A stretch of DNA of 64,000 bases from Antedon mediterranea (lineage: Eukaryota > Animalia > Echinodermata), in assembly GCF_964355755.1 (NCBI RefSeq), contig NC_092673.1, positions 7,626,001-7,690,000 on the forward strand. Reading direction: 5' to 3'. This document shows, piece by piece, positions 62,978 to 64,000 of the stretch. The notes beneath the pieces were generated by a model that saw only the letters and a program-made list of their open reading frames with translations, was not told the DNA's origin and searched no databases. A program made the position numbers and the translations under genes. Numbering within the stretch: the stretch's first letter is position 1; each line of letters opens with the position of its first letter.

Positions 62978-64000
62978 GCAACAATCATACAAAGATATGG
63001 CATATATACTGAATAATAATACAGCCTTTTGAATGGTATTCATAAACACGTAGTCTATAGTATTAGTAGCTGTATTTACTGGTTAGATGTCAAAATATAC
63101 ATTATGGATTTTTTTTCTTTTTTCTATTCATTGTCTTTACAAAGCTGACAAATGCCCTATGGGACATTTTTGCCAGGTCAAACAGAAAATAATTTACATT
63201 AGCATCACTATTATGAATAGCTGTCATTTAATTTTCTCCAGTTGACTGCTTTATGGAAAACCGAGCAGAATTCATGCCTGTTTGTTTAAAAAAATGATTA
63301 TTTTTATGTCAATTTCTAACAAATGTTATCATTACTACATAGCACTTGATCGTGCCACGACATGAAAAGTCAGTTTTAAATGATTCGTCAAACCAAACGG
63401 AGATCTATTGCCAATATCTGTTTTTGTTGATTCAAGCTGTATCCATCTCAGAGAGATTTTAATTCAATTCGGTTGAGCTACTTGTAAGCCTGTTAATAAT
63501 ACAGATTATGAACAATGATTGCTGTCTATTTCCACTGCACTTAATACGTGTGAAATATGAAATAAACAACGCTATGAACAGATATCGCTTGCAAATTTAA
63601 CACTAAATAAATTAAAAGCTCGTCGAAGAAAATTTTATACGGATTCCATCAAGCATTAAGGTTATATCGTAGGTTAACAAACCATCTTCAATCGTCTTGC
63701 AGCATATCTCTGTAATATATTCATTCATCATCGTTCAACACCTTTTCATAATAAGAAATACAGCAGAGTATCAAAGGGATTATGTTATGCTGATGGAGAT
63801 GATCTTTGTTTTCATAGAAGTTGTCAAGTAATGTAAGCATTAAGATGCTTATAAAACAAATACAAATATTTAATCACAGTATATTGAAGAAAATTAATTG
63901 GCGTATTACAAAAATAAAATATATTTAAGACAAATAAATGAGAAGAAATCTTACAGTCAAGTGTTATTTTGTATGTATTCATTATTAACTTTGTAGTATT

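Noticed and set aside
41427-64000. PBX exons 1-2 or a second protein-coding gene
   Set aside because: No HRMKPALF/CEIKEK-coding segment was found by eye. The remaining ORFs are short, AT-rich and low-complexity, though a small exon could have been missed.

Overview
AT-rich metazoan genomic DNA, not prokaryotic. It is probably an invertebrate deuterostome such as an echinoderm (inference from the vertebrate-like exon structure and repeat types). The window holds most of a minus-strand PBX/extradenticle (TALE-class homeobox) gene: seven coding exons at 41426-41176, 40507-40317, 22467-22332, 18657-18483, 15105-14981, 14612-14475 and 7743-7570, equivalent to vertebrate PBX1 exons 3-9. All have GT-AG boundaries and compatible phases. 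Exons 1-2 were not found and probably lie beyond 64000. The rest is intron or flank containing PIF/Harbinger-like MITEs with TAT target duplications, a Helentron/HINE-like element, SINE/5S/RTE/Penelope fragments and minisatellites. The most interesting observations are: (i) skipping exon 7 recreates a PBX1b-like 15-aa tail with its stop at the same position as in vertebrates; (ii) alternative C-termini via exon-8 read-through versus a distant exon 9; (iii) a Penelope-type minimal hammerhead ribozyme in sense orientation in the upstream intron; (iv) tiny CAT...ATG inserts with 7-bp duplications resembling P-element excision footprints; (v) strong over-representation of TACAGTA/TACTGTA. All calls were made by eye, without database searches.
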